From positions 50,718,001 to 50,782,000 of the forward strand of contig NC_045697.1 in NCBI RefSeq assembly GCF_009834535.1: 64,000 bases of DNA, written 5' to 3'. Of this stretch, positions 26,568-39,754 are shown in pieces (within the stretch, counting starts at the first letter, position 1; the number at the start of each line of letters is the position of its first letter). The DNA is from Camelus ferus (taxonomy: Eukaryota). The notes under the pieces were generated by a model that was not told the DNA's origin, did no database searches, and was given only the letters and a program-made list of their open reading frames with translations. Both the position numbers and the translations under genes were made by a program.

Positions 26568-29465
26568 GAGTATTCCTTTTCCTTCTTAACTGCATTCGCT
26601 TTCTCTCTTTCTAACTGGTGATTGTAAAATCTCTTTCTGTTAGAAAGTTTTATCAACCTCCTTCCTTTAGGGCCAGTGCCTTTCTCTTGCAAAGATGTCA
26701 GGTCAAGGTGTAGTACAAACTTGTTTGATCATCTCCCTCTGATTGTCCCAAATTCACCAGCCCAAAATGTTATTCTACCCTTTTGAGGAAGTCCATGTTT
26801 TGTCGTACTTTTTCTGATCTTCAGGGATGGGACCTCTACAACTTGTTCCAGGTGCAGAGACAGTAATAGTATTCAGTGTAGATGTGCCTCAGAATTATCT
26901 CCCTTAGCAAAAGAAGGTGGGGGGAATTTACTCACCTATATTCCCCAATATCTGCCAGTAGCACCAAGTGCCTTTCACTTCTGAGTGCTCCTGTGTCAGA
27001 GAAGTTCCAGGACATAAAGAGAGAGACATGGTGTATAGTCAAGGCCAAGTGCTGCCAGGTTATACCTGCACAGAGCTGTTTGCTACATAAATGGCTGGGT
27101 AGAGGGTGGACCAGGGCATGGGAGGCAAGACACAACCTAGTAAAATAATTACAAAGTATGGTAAGTAATATGAAAGTCCAGGAAATGTATGGGGATATTT
27201 TCCCTTGGTGAAAACACACACACAAAAAGCATTCTGGTTGAATTTTTCTGGTAAAATTATAATTTACTTGTTTTGATACAGAACATATACTAGGAAGTAA
27301 GATGAGCACAGAGCTGGGCAAGATTCCCCCCGTCCAGTGTTCTGGCTGTCCTCACAGCCCACTTCTTTATATTCCTGCAGAGCTACCTTTGGTCCCAGCT
27401 TGTTTTTCTCTGAGAATGTGGCCAAGCAAAGTAGCTTGTGGTGTTACTGGTCAAGTTCCTCATTCCCCTAATTTGATGGCTCACAGTGAGTCAACATGTG
27501 GTCCTTGCTGAGCCTTTAGGTAATACCCTGTCATCTCAATAGACTGCAGCTGCCTGCCCTTTAGTTGGTTTGGATCAGTGCCTGGGTGGCTTTTCTGCTG
27601 GCTGGTGGCAAAGGGAGGGCAGCCAAGTTCATCACAGGCTAGAGGTATAGCTTGGGACTGCACTGTTGCTGGGAGGAAGCTAAGAGAAGCCAGAGAAGAG
27701 AAAGAAAGGCGTGGTCCTCCTTTCAGCAGATAAGAAGTAGCACACTCAGAGATGGTCTAGGCTTGTAATCATGACTGTGTCAAACAGAGTGACAAAGGGA
27801 TGGTTACATGATGAATTGAACCTCCCAATAGCATTTTGAACAGGCAGCCTTTGTCGTCATTTCTGTGTTCTAGTGCACAGGCCTGCCTGTTCATAAGAGC
27901 CAAAGGCAGGTATGATAGTTGTTCTGTTAGGGAACTTACAAATAGTACCCCTGTTATAACTTCCTGAATTATGAGTCTTGATCCAATTAAGAAAAGAAAA
28001 TGTAAATTAGATAAGAGACCAAAGTATCACCTTTACTCATAATAAAGCCGATATTAGAGACTGTGGTTTATAACCGTGTGTAGATGAACTTCCTAACATT
28101 GATCCAAGAATCAGGCAGATGTACCTACCCGGTCACAAGCTGGGATGAAAAATCTCAGCCATCCCCTGGGGGGTAAATTTCACATACAGCAGAGAACAGA
28201 GTGCTGAGAAGGTGGCTACCCTGAGAAAGGTGAGGGGGAGATGTTATGTTATACAAATCCTGTTAATTTATTAGAAACTCATCCATTTAAATATGTCAGT
28301 TTTCCTCTCTGAAGCAGAGAGATCAGATGAGTTAACTTTCCAACACCCCTTCTTCTTCCCCATAGATAGATGCATAATGAGGGGGTATAAGCAAGCTTAT
28401 AGGTAAAATATCTGCTTTTCCTGAGCTGCACAACCTAGAGCTGAACCAGAATAGCCTCCTGTGATCTGTTCTTTGTGGGTAGATTTGGTGCCAGATTCTT
28501 ATCCTCCATACTGTGACTCATTCTGTTGCTGTAGATTTTGACTCCCCTGGGTCAGGATGAAGACTGATAAAGGATAACAAGGAAACTAACATTCATGAAA
28601 AAAATATTTTATATCCATTTTTTTATTGAATGAAAAAAATAGAGCTTTAAAGATGTTAGGATCCGTATTATATTTCAATGATTCTAAGAAGCATCTTGTA
28701 TCACATTTTAACATCCTGATATCACAATATGCTTACCACTAATGGGAAGTAGATTATTTGACTGATTTTTCCCTTTCTAAGTGGTACATACAGCAGTGAT
28801 GTCTTATAATCCATGGTATCTTAGATTCAACAAGTAGCTAGTAAATGACAAGTCTAGAATTTGTCCCCCGGGTTGTGTGATTTCAAGCTTTAGATTATTT
28901 TTTGGCAACAACAGTCTTTCCCTGAAATACACAAGCAATGATGACAACACATGTTTCACGTTCTTTTCCCACATCATTTCATGTACTGTCATGCAGTTTG
29001 ACATTCCCTCTTGCTTGACCCCATCTGTATAGAATTATGCTCCTTGGGAGCCAAATTCCTTCTTTCCCTGTGAACCAAGGCTACTTAATAAGTTCTGTGA
29101 AGTAGACTGATGAAACTTGTTTGTTATCACAAGTTGAACTAATGGTGATTGAATGTTCCAGCAGCTGGGTCTTGTTAGACGGAGAGTAAACTGGGGCTGT
29201 CACATCACTGTATGTAAACTCTGCTTAAGTGGAATGTAAGGGAAAAGACTTGGGAACTTTTTTTATTGCTCAAGACTAGTGCTTGTTGCAATTGAGAAAT
29301 GTGGGAAATAACTGAAATAATTGAGGTATTATGGTTGGTTTCTCAAGTAATACTTTGAAATCTTTTTTAATCAAATAAATCTGAAGTGTCTGTTTTGTGC
29401 AGAGCATGAACTAGTTGCTTCAGGGGATAAGCCATGCCACCTGCCATTAAGAATCTACATGATGG

Positions 29466-29553
29466 AGGGGGAGGGTGTAGCTCAGTGGTAGAGCACATGC
29501 CTAGCATGCATAAGGTCCTGGGTTCAATCCCCAGTATCTCCTCTTAAAAAAAA
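29466..29553 (+). mobile_element. tRNA-derived SINE (vic-1-like), first of a tandem pair
   Basis: ggggagggtgtagctcagtggtagagcacatgcctagcatgcataaggtcctgggttcaatcccc plus poly-A; flanked by AAGAATCTACATGATGGAGGG repeats. Confidence 0.9.
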
Positions 29554-29569
29554 AAGAATCTACATGATG

Positions 29570-29680
29570 GAGGGTGAGGGTAATGGCCCTAGTGGCAAAG
29601 CACATGCTTAGCATGCACGAGGTCCTGGGTTCAATCCCCAGGACCTCCGTTAAAAATATATATGTATAATTTTTAAAAAG
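29570..29680 (+). mobile_element. tRNA-derived SINE (vic-1-like), second of a tandem pair
   Basis: Same family with a more diverged A box; followed by AAGAACCTACATGA at 29681-29694. Confidence 0.85.
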
Positions 29681-30849
29681 AAGAACCTACATGACATGTA
29701 AAGAGAACCATTGAATGCACTCATGACTAATGGGAGAGTAAGAGAGGGTCAGAGACATGAAGACCATTGTGGAAGCAATGGCAGAGCTTTAAAAACTTGG
29801 GAAAATTTTTCCCATGTAGATATGGGATTGAGACTTCTGATTTCCAGTAATGGCAAGCTAGATTACTTGGAACACAGTCCCACAGAAAATAAACTAAAAT
29901 CGTAGATAAAACATTTTTTTTAAAAAAATCTTTTAAAAGTTGAAGCATAAAAAAATCATTAGATCAAAATTTGAAGAAAATCCAGAACTCATAAATAAAT
30001 GGAGCATGAAAGACACCTTGGTCCCTGAGGAGATTTACTAATTTCCCCAAATCTAAACTTGAATTTTGATCACCTACATATAAAGCCAGTCTAATAGAGA
30101 CTGACTTCAGTAAGCTCCTAGCCCAGGAGACTGCATAGACAGGATGAAGAAGAACCAAGTATACCAGCCCTCAACCATATTTTACAGTGGATGATTAAGC
30201 CCAGGTAATATTAAACCTCAAATGTTAAGACTTAAAGTCGTCCTGGACTGGTAGCAATTTGGAGCACAAATCAGCTTGGAGAAAGGCAGTGAGCAGCATG
30301 TGGTGTCCACCAGCAAGTTCAATATACTTTATTTGTTGCTGGTAAGAATAAGACCACCTGAATGCAGAAACTGAGAATGTGTAAGGGTGTGAGTTGTGTG
30401 TGTGTGTGTGTTGGTGACACTATAAATTAACACTTTACTTGTAGCTATTACTTCTTTTTTTAAGCTGGTAACTTTAATGATAAGGAATCTGCCTACATTT
30501 GTAATTTTCTCAAATTAAGATACTGGGTAAATATTTAAGTAAAACCAGTTTAAAGTTTTACCTGTATTACACATCTTTCCTGACATGAAATATTTTCTCT
30601 TATTCTGATAGTACTGTTTTGAGTACTATTTTTCTATCTTCAAAATACACTAATCATGGATCAATGTCCTTTGAGAATTTGTAATCAAAAAAGCAACTTT
30701 TCTCAGAGGGTATGACAGACCATTTTCCCTCAATTATTTGGACAATTGTCAGCTGTCACATATTTGAGCATTCATGTTGGAGCCAGAGCCATTAGTCCTT
30801 TGAAATACAAGTAAAAAAAAATACAAAGTTTTTCCTTTCCTTCAGTCTC

Positions 30850-31940
30850 CATGGCTGGATCAGCTTCAACTTTCTGACCCCCTGAATGCTGGCATGTCCC
30901 CAAGTCCATCCTGTGTGACTGTTTCTCAGTTTTATCTACAATCAAGACCTAGGTTAACCTACCCAGTTCCATAGCTTTAATTACCACTTGTGTGCAAATC
31001 TTGCACGTCCAAGAAAGAACTTGAGTTACCCTCTGACACAAACTTACCTACTCCTCATCTTTGTTTGGTAAATGACACCACCATTCAGTCAGTTATGAGG
31101 ACCAAAACTATGATGCCTGTTTCGATGCTTCACTTCTTTTTTTACACCCTGGGTCAAATACGTCAGCAAATCCTATCGATTCTATCTTCAGAATGTACCA
31201 CTCATTCAAGGTCTCTCTCTCCACCTACTGTTACCTCGTCAGTCCAAGCCACCATCACTGGCTGTAACGGCCTCCAAGCTTGTCTCTCTGCCTCCAGTCT
31301 TGCTCTCCATCCTCACTGTCCATTCTCTATACTCTAGCCAGGGTGGTATTTTACAAGGAAACAAAATATTTCACACACTTGCTCTCAGGCCTTCAGTGGC
31401 TTTTCACCTCCACCACATGGAAAATCTAGAATATTTTCCATGGCTGCCAAGTCCTTTATGTTAGTCCCTGGGTACCCCTTCAGCTTCATTTCCATGACAC
31501 CTCCCTCCCATTTATTCCGCTATTTCAAACTTTTTTTTGGTTATTCTCCCAGAACATGCCACTGAAGTTTCATTTCAGAAGTTCTGCTCTGCCGGGAACG
31601 TTCTCTCACCAGATAGTCACATGACACGGTCTCTCATTTTATTCAGTTTTCAGTTTTCTGTTCAAATGTTCTCTCCTCAGAAAAGTCTTTCTGGAACATC
31701 CTTGCCCATTTATTTTTCTTCCTTGCCCTATCTTATTTTTCTGATATAAATATCAGAGTATATCCTAATGTAACCAGCTATTACATGATATATTAATTTA
31801 TCTGTTATTGTCTTGTCTCCCCCACTAGGACATAAGCTCCATGAAGACAGAGCTTTGCTATAGCCTCAGTTTCTAGAAATAGGCCAGGTAAATGGAAGCA
31901 TTCAACACACACCTGTTGATTTATTAAATGAATGAATGAA
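30850..31940 (-). mobile_element. L2 remnant
   Basis: L2 motifs (atcagcaaatcct-like, gtccaagccaccatca, ttgtctcccccactagga..taagctccatgaagacaga) ending in (TGAA)n. Strand follows the usual L2 convention and is uncertain. Confidence 0.7.
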
Positions 31941-32227
31941 TGAACAAAAATATACGAGGCCCTTAGGTTGCATGAAATGGAGTTTCCATTCATTAATAGG
32001 TTTCAAGTTCGCTTGGTCCAAGGCAGTGAAAGACTCTATTTGGTCTTCATTTGCTAGAATTCGGCCTTGGAAACTGCTTAAATGTAAATAAAATAATTCT
32101 TTGTTCACTCCACATAACAAGGTGATTTTCCCTTTACCCTGTTGTAACTCTTTGTGGACGTAATACCAATACCTACTTCATAAGATTGTTGTGGAGATTA
32201 AATCACTTAACACGAAAAAAATGTTAC

Positions 32228-32386
32228 GGGGGGGGGGGCAAGAAATAGGTCAGTGATAGAGTGCGGGCTTAACATGCATGCGTTCTTGGGTTCAATCCCC
32301 AGTACCTCCATTAAAAAAAAATTAAAAACAAATAAATCAGCAAACCTAATTGTCCCCTCCCCCGACAAAACAACAACAACAACAAC
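32228..32386 (+). mobile_element. tRNA-derived SINE (vic-1-like)
   Basis: B box gggttcaatccccagtacctcc, AAACCTAATT tail segment, (ACA)n end; TSD AAATGTTA. Confidence 0.85.
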
Positions 32387-33659
32387 AAATGTTATAGAGG
32401 TGGCGGGCATACAGCACGTATTCAATAAGTGCCGTCTATTGCCATTACTATAATGGAAATCTGCCCTGTATTGGAGGATTGGAGTTATTTAGCTAAACTA
32501 TGTTAACTGAAGTTTGTGCGCCTTGGAACTGGAACCACGCAAAGCAAAGGCTGCCGGCATATTATGCTAATCCTAATTACTGTACTGTTTACCAGAATCG
32601 TGAGTCAAAAGAACATGTTCTGTTATATCCATTTCATTCTTCATCATCTAGCTGTTGTGTCCGTATAACTGCGGAAGAGCTTTTTATGGTGGTTGCTTTT
32701 TTTGTCTTCACTATCTTACGTAAAGATAAAACAGGGGTTTTAGAGGCAAGGCACTTGTGCTCTTTCTTTGTGAATCTGTCTCCCCTCACAAGCTCCCTGG
32801 GAACGGTTACTGGGATGTCCAGCACTGGCATTTATAAGATGTAAATCAGCTGTCGGAGGGTTGCATATTGATTGCGTATTGATTTTCCAGGTTTTAAAGC
32901 AGTATTTCTCAATGTTACTGTTATTATTATTATTACCCTCTCCCCTGCAAAGAGACCTTTTTAAACATGATTTTCCTAGTCAGTCCCTACTCCTTCATGA
33001 CATTTTAAAACCACAGATATATCTGTTCATGTACTGAGGCCCTTTGGGAAGTCATGAACCAATGTAATGTCTAAGACTATTCTACCCTCCAACCATCAGT
33101 TCTTTGTCCCCTTAAGGGAAAAATCACCCTCATTGAGGCTGCATGTCTTAATGTAACTCCAGGTTGTTAGACTCAGTTCCCATTAGAAACATTGATAAAT
33201 TTTAATCCGTATAAAGGAGAGATGTTGGCAATAGGAAAGTCAGATGGCGTGACATCCTATTATTTAAACAAATAAGCTGGAGACACACCTTCATGAAATA
33301 CAGCTCCCAGTCAGAACCCCATCTGCTCAATAGAAAAAGGTCAACCTTCCCCCTAATTCTCTACCTTCTTGTAAATTGCTTCCCCATTACCTTATCGCAA
33401 TGCCTTTGATTCTACTGTTTTATTCATTCTGGGGAGATTAAGGTTTATTTGGTTTCCAAAGCCCACTCCTTAGTAAAGGCCCATTTCCTCAAGCTCTCAC
33501 ATACCTTTCAAGTCTCAGCTCCTGTATGGCCACCTCTCTGAACTACCTTTCCCCACCCCACCCCCTTCCCTAGTCCTGGTTCTCTGGTCAGTTGTAGCTA
33601 CTCTCGCCAGGCTCTCATTGCCCCTGCCCTATTTTTCTGAATTCTCACTGTATGTCCAG

Positions 33660-35055
33660 CTCCTTGTAAAGCATCTTTGAAGACTGTGTGGAGCAACAGA
33701 AGAGAGAGCAAGATAAGGGTACCCAGGGTGCTGGCGAGGGTGGGTAGCCATTGTAAATAGGCTGATGGATAGGCTTAACTAAGAAGCTGACATTTGAACA
33801 AAGACTTGAAGTGAGGGCATTATCTGTGGGATTATCTGAAAGTGGTATACTCCTGTCAGAGGACACAGCTGCTGCAAAGGTCCTAAGGCAGACATAGGTA
33901 TGACTTGTTCAAGGATCATCAAGCAGGTTGATCTGGCTAGGGAGAGAGGGCAGAGGGTACCTAGTAGGAGATGAGGTCTTATTGTTAGGGAGGGTATTAT
34001 GGACTGAATGTGTGTGGATGCCCTCAAAATTCATATGTTGAATCTCAACCCTTAATGTGACTGTACTGGGAGATGGTACATTTACAGAAGTAATTAGAGT
34101 TAACTGAGGTCATAAGGGTAGGACTCAGATCCAATAGGACTAGTACCTTTATAAGAAGGGGCACCAGAGAGCTCATTTTTCTCTCTCCCTCTCTTCCTGC
34201 CATGTGAGGACACAGCAAGAAGGTGGCGATCAGCAAGCTGGGGAAGAACACTCTCACCAGAACCTGACCATGCTGGCACTCTGACCCAGCCTCTAGAACT
34301 ATGAAAAAATAAATTCCTGTTGTTTCAGCCACCAGTCTATGGTATTTTGTTATGGCAAACTAAGACAGCATGAGGTGGGGGGAATGGTGGAGAGCAGATG
34401 ACATAAGGCCTTGTTGGCCATTGAAAGAACTTTGGCTTTTCTCTGAGTGAAATGATGGAATATGATTGGAAAGTTTTGAGTAAAAGAATGACAATCCAAT
34501 TTACGTTTTTTAAAACACCATTATGGCTGCTGTTTTGAAATAGATTGTGAGAGTGGAGAGGGGCAAGGAGAGATGCAGGAGGCTAATCTGGAGATCATGG
34601 TGTCTCCAGGTGTGAGATAACACTAGTCCAACCAGAGAGGGAGTAAGTGAGGGGGCGAGAAGTGGTCAAAGTCTATACATATTTTAAAGGTAGATTCTAC
34701 AGGATTTTCTGGCAAAAAATAAATAAATAAATAAATAAAAATAAAATGCAGTGTGTGGGTAAAGAGAAGTCAAGAAGAACTCCGAGAGTTTTGCTCTGAC
34801 AGGTGGAAGGATGAAGTTGCCATCGACTACAACGCCAAGAGTTGCAGGTAGATCAGTTTGTTGGGGATGATCAAATTCAGTTTTGAATGTTAATTTTGAG
34901 ATGCCTAGTAGATATTCAAGGGAAGATGTTCAGTAGGAATTTAGATATGCAAGTCTGGAGTTCAGGAGAAGGCTCAAGGGTGGAGTTATAAGTCTGAGAG
35001 TCATTGGCACCTACATGACATTTAAAGTCATGAGACTGGATGAAGTCATCACGGT
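33660..35055 (+). mobile_element. L2 remnant (opposite orientation to 30850-31940), split by an MLT1 LTR
   Basis: tgacatttgaacaaagacttgaa, ttttctctgagtgaaatg, gagatgcctagtagatattcaag, atttaaagtcatgagactggatga. Confidence 0.7.
33995..34367 (+). mobile_element. MaLR (MLT1-like) solo LTR inserted in an L2
   Basis: tattatggactgaatg..aaattcatatgttga...aataaattcctgttgtttcagccaccagtctatggtattttgttatggca..ctaagaca. Confidence 0.85.
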
Positions 35056-35979
35056 CTTCTTTTTTTCCTTTTTTTTTCCTCTGCTTTCAATTTTGTCTTC
35101 TTCCTCTGCTCATTCTGCTGCTTCTGCATTTTCTAGGGTCAGAACAGTGGTACAAGGATATAGAGGAAGAGGCAAGAATTTTTTTTTTTGGTTTTTTGGG
35201 GGTTTTTTGGCTTAATTGGTACTGTCTGTAGTTGTTTCTGACTGACACTGGCTGATTATGCATTTTATTATAGCAGGCTATACATGTCAGCTTTTTATGG
35301 GTATGTTAGTTGGTTTCCCAGATCTATTCACACAAAATACTCTGCACATTTCCATTTCCTGATGGAGGGATAGAGTGGGATGGGATACAGGCCCCACCCA
35401 ACTTCTTATGAACCCCTTCCTCCAACTTCTGTTCCCAAGGAACTATACCCCCAGTTTCTTTATGCTGTTGTTTCCTTGATCTAGCAGGAGACCCCTTTAT
35501 AGTGCCCATTAAAGATGACTTGGGCCATTATACTTATAACTAAAATATATATACATGGGAAAATGGGCTGAAAGGAGGTACACTAAAATGATGGCCACAA
35601 TTATGTTACTATAGTGAGACTTGGGTTATTACTTTCTCATCTATTATCTAAAATGTATTATAATGTGGTTAAAATATGTTTTTCAGTAAAAAAATATATG
35701 CATATAGCATTTTTATATTCAAACATATACAGTATATTTGGTACACAAGTACATATACAGCATTTTTTGTCTTAAATATATATGCATTAAATATGTACTT
35801 GTATATATAAAATAAAAATACTACATAAATAGTTTTTACTAAATATATGTACACACAAAGACACACACAGACATCACTAGAGAAACATTTAATTAATTAA
35901 CTATACTAGAAATAATACTTTTTCCATGAGAAAAAAACCAAAATAAAATGGAAAGTACAAAATAAATATTTTTCAGAAA

Positions 35980-36730
35980 AATGTTTATTTTCTCAATGTA
36001 TAAATATCTCTTACAAAAAATGATAAGCTCAATAAACAATACAAAAATCTTCCCAGAAAGTAAAATATAAATGGCCAGGAAAAAAATTCAAAGAAGTCCA
36101 GTATTACTCAGAATTAGACAAATACAGACTCAAAACAATGAAATGGCACTTTTTACCTGTCAGTCTGCCAAAAGTCAAAAAGTTTGATACATAGCACAAT
36201 TACCAGTATGTTGAGAACTAAGCATTTTCATAGTTTAATAGAGAGAGTTTCAACTAGTGCAAATTCTTTGGAAATGATTTGGCAATGCTTAGCAAAAGGT
36301 AAAATTCACATACCCTTTGACTCAGAATTTCCCGTTCTCTGAATTTATCCTACAGATATACTTGCATAACATATACATATACACAAAAAATACATAAATG
36401 TTCACTTTATGTTGAACATGTTGAAAATGTTCACAAACATGATTTACTTTATTAAGAAAATTAAGTCTGGAAACACCTAACTGTCCATCAGAATGGATTA
36501 GTAAACTAACTATGGTACATCCCTGCAATAAAACATTCTGCCTCTCCTCCCTATCCAGAATAAATAAGTAAATAGATGCACTGAAATGAAACAGTGTTTC
36601 CAACTTTGTGTTCAAATGTGCTGGTGCATACAGGGAACATTTCTGGGGATATACACCCACCAAAATTACTAAAATCATCACTTCTAGGGATGGAAATTAA
36701 AAAATAATTTTTTCCCTTAAAAAAAAACTA
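35980..36730 (+). mobile_element. Ancient L1 3' remnant
   Basis: Degenerate L1 ORF2-end motifs (catacccttgac-like, ctggaaacacctaactgtccatca, aactatggtacatcc). Confidence 0.6.
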
Positions 36731-39427
36731 TATTACTCCTTACACTGCTTGAATTGTTACCATGCGCATGTTTTTTTTTTTTTAAATAAATGTTAACACG
36801 TGTACTTATTTGTGATGTAAGTTTTGGCCTGTGGGTAAGGAATAGCAAATTGAATAAAATGATGTTACAGTAAACATGTGGACTTTTTTTTTTTTGACCA
36901 GATGGCCCTAGGAGCATCATAATTTGAGTAACTCCAAGAGAACTGGAGTGGAGCCATGCCCATTTAATGTGTTTTGAGGAAAATGTTAAGAAAAATTGAT
37001 AATTTTCATAAATAATCTGGTTAATGCTCTTTCTTAATTATTGTCCTGCCTTATAGATGAGGGCTCCATCCCACCTAGTGAGATTTGCATTTTAAAATAA
37101 TCTCTTTGCAGTGAATAAGTCTGATGGGGACAGGGACGGCCTGGAGACATGGAGACCAGTTAGGAGGGTATTTTAGGGATACAGGTGAAATTTTGAGATG
37201 GCCAAAACTAAGGCAATGGCAGAGGGAAGAGAGAGGAGGGCTCAGTGAGGGTTGAAACAGGTGTAGAAATGGCAGCACCTAGGGCCTGGTTGGATGCAAA
37301 GGCAGAGGGAGAAGGCCAGTGTGTGATGACCCTTGGTCCCTTCCTTGGCTTAGGCAACTGGATGAAATATAGTGCAATAAAATAGAAAAACAGCAGGTTT
37401 GGGGAAGATAATGAATGCACCTTCTCCTCCTTGACCTCCTTGCCTATGAGTTTGGGCACAGTCATGGGTAAATGCGTGTTTCAGGGTCGGGGGTGATGAT
37501 GAAAGGTGGGGGGACAATTCATTTCAACAGTGACAACGATCGATTCTCAAGGGAAGAGAAAAATCCTGGTGTGAGTAATGAGTTCTGGAAGGAGATTTGA
37601 CTAAATTAAAATGATAACATATTTTTGTTGGCACAAAGAAGAAAATGCAGAAAACAGGCATTAGTCCAGACCAGAAAGGAGGTTGGTAGAGCTGGCAAGA
37701 AGCAGCAGTCAGGATGTTTTAGACAGCCTGATAAATTACCGTGTCATTGGGAAGAAATGCACCTCACCCAGAAATGCACAGAGGGTCTCTTTCTGGAGGT
37801 TGTATGTCTCAGCATCCCACAGAATCTGGGTGTAACCAGGGTGGAGCTGGTCCTGCCAGCTTAAACGGAAGTAATGGTGATAATTGGGGTTAAAAAACCA
37901 AGATTCCTGGCTTCATGCCTTGGCTCCGCCACTAGCTGGGTTTTACAATTGTTGGCAGTTACAGAAATTTGTGTTGATTTAAAAGCTTCCTCTGTGAAAT
38001 GAGGTGAAACGCGAAGCAATTGTAATTTTGACAGCTTAGATGGACAAGGAGCAAGTACCCCAGCTTTGAGGGGTATGAGAAGGCATCCTGGAGGAAATGA
38101 CATACAAACTAAGATCACTCTTCAGATTTTAGCTCCTTTGAATGTTAGATTAAGTGAAGAGTAAGGAGACAGGGCAAGGGAAACTGACCCAAGTAGAGGG
38201 AACAGTTTAAATGAAAGCTTTAAGCCAAGAAATGAATACCTTCCGAAAGACTACTAGTAATTTGGTATGACTTTTAGAGCACAAATAGGTGCAAGGCGTT
38301 CACTTCTTCAGTCCTTTTAATCATCTTCTAAAGTAGATATTAATGTTGACATTTTACAGAAGAAGAAACTAGATCCCGGGTGGCTCCTGGCAGCCGTGTC
38401 TCTGTGGTGTGTTCCTACATTCCTGTCCATAGTGGGGAGACCATCACGAGTGGGTGCCTGACTCAAACTGTGCCGACTAGACCCTTTCTCATGAAATTTG
38501 GAATTTTATATTGCAAACTACTCTTGGTCTTGTACTCATGGTCCTGATATAGTTCCTTTACAGAGCTCCATCTCAGAGCTAACTGTTAGTACGTAGCTTA
38601 ATAACATGATTGTTATTTTTGTCATGATCCACAGCAGCAAAACGTGCCATCTGCTTTGGACAGTTTAGAGGCTTGGTCCACATAATGGTAGATAAGACAA
38701 TGTGAATAGGTACCTTCAAATTGGCTTTATGAAATACTAATTGGGAAATGATTCTACAATGTTAATAATAATAAGGATAACACTTTATGATGTTTCATGC
38801 TTACTTTCTATTATTTCCTCTCAACTATTTTGTGAGGGATGGAGATACTTTGTTTTGTTATTATGTTTTTGCCACGTTTTCACATTTACAACAGAGAATA
38901 GAGAAGTTTAGATATTTGCTCAGAATCATAGCCCCCAGACCTCTGGACTTTTTGCCTAGGGCTCTTTCAATATGTGTGGTCAGCTCTAAGGAACAATAGA
39001 TTCCTCTGAGGAATTGTGTTTTTTCTTCCTGTCTTTGTTTTTCCCTCTCACATACGCAGACACACACGTGCAGTGATATAATCCTTTGGAGGTAACTGAC
39101 AATTCATAAAAATTCTTATCTTACTGAGAACTGTTCCTTCATTTAACAGTGATGGGTCCCAGATGGCCTTGTTTGCACCACTGCGTTGTAACCACTGCCC
39201 CTTAGCCACAGTTCATTGGACCTGAACCAATACAGCCAATAAGGTCCTCTCTCTCAGAAACTGGAAATGGGATCTGAGGAAAAGTAAGTGGATGACTTGC
39301 CATTGAGGACAGAATAGCAGAGAGGAGGAAGAAAGAGAGAAACCTCAGGCAGGCAGACAGAGGCAAAGACACTATAGATGACAAGAGAGGGTCCTGAGGG
39401 TTCCAGTGCCCATAAACAGTCCCTTTC

Positions 39428-39754
39428 TGCTACGGACTAAATGTTTGTGTCCCTCGAAAATTTGTATGTTGAAACCTTAATCCCAGTTTGATGGTATTTG
39501 AAGGTGGGGCCTTTGGGAAGTAATTAGGTCATGAGGGTGGAGACTTTATGAATGTAATTATAAGAAAAGGCCAGAGAGCTAGCTCTCTCCACCATGTGAC
39601 GACACAGCAAGAAGGTGGTCATCTGGAAACCAGGAAGAGGGTCTTCACCAAAAACCCGACCTTGCTAGCACCCTGACCTTGGACTCCTGGTCTCCAGAGT
39701 TGTTGTTTAGCCACCCAGTCTATTGTAATATAGCAGCCCCAACTGACAAAGACA
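39428..39754 (+). mobile_element. MaLR (MLT1-like) solo LTR
   Basis: TG...CA ends with 5-bp TSD CTTTC (39423-39427, 39755-39759). Confidence 0.88.

Noticed and set aside
29466..29545. tRNA-Ala-like gene
   Set aside because: Poly-A tail, TSDs, multiple diverged copies and no proper acceptor stem indicate a SINE, not a tRNA.
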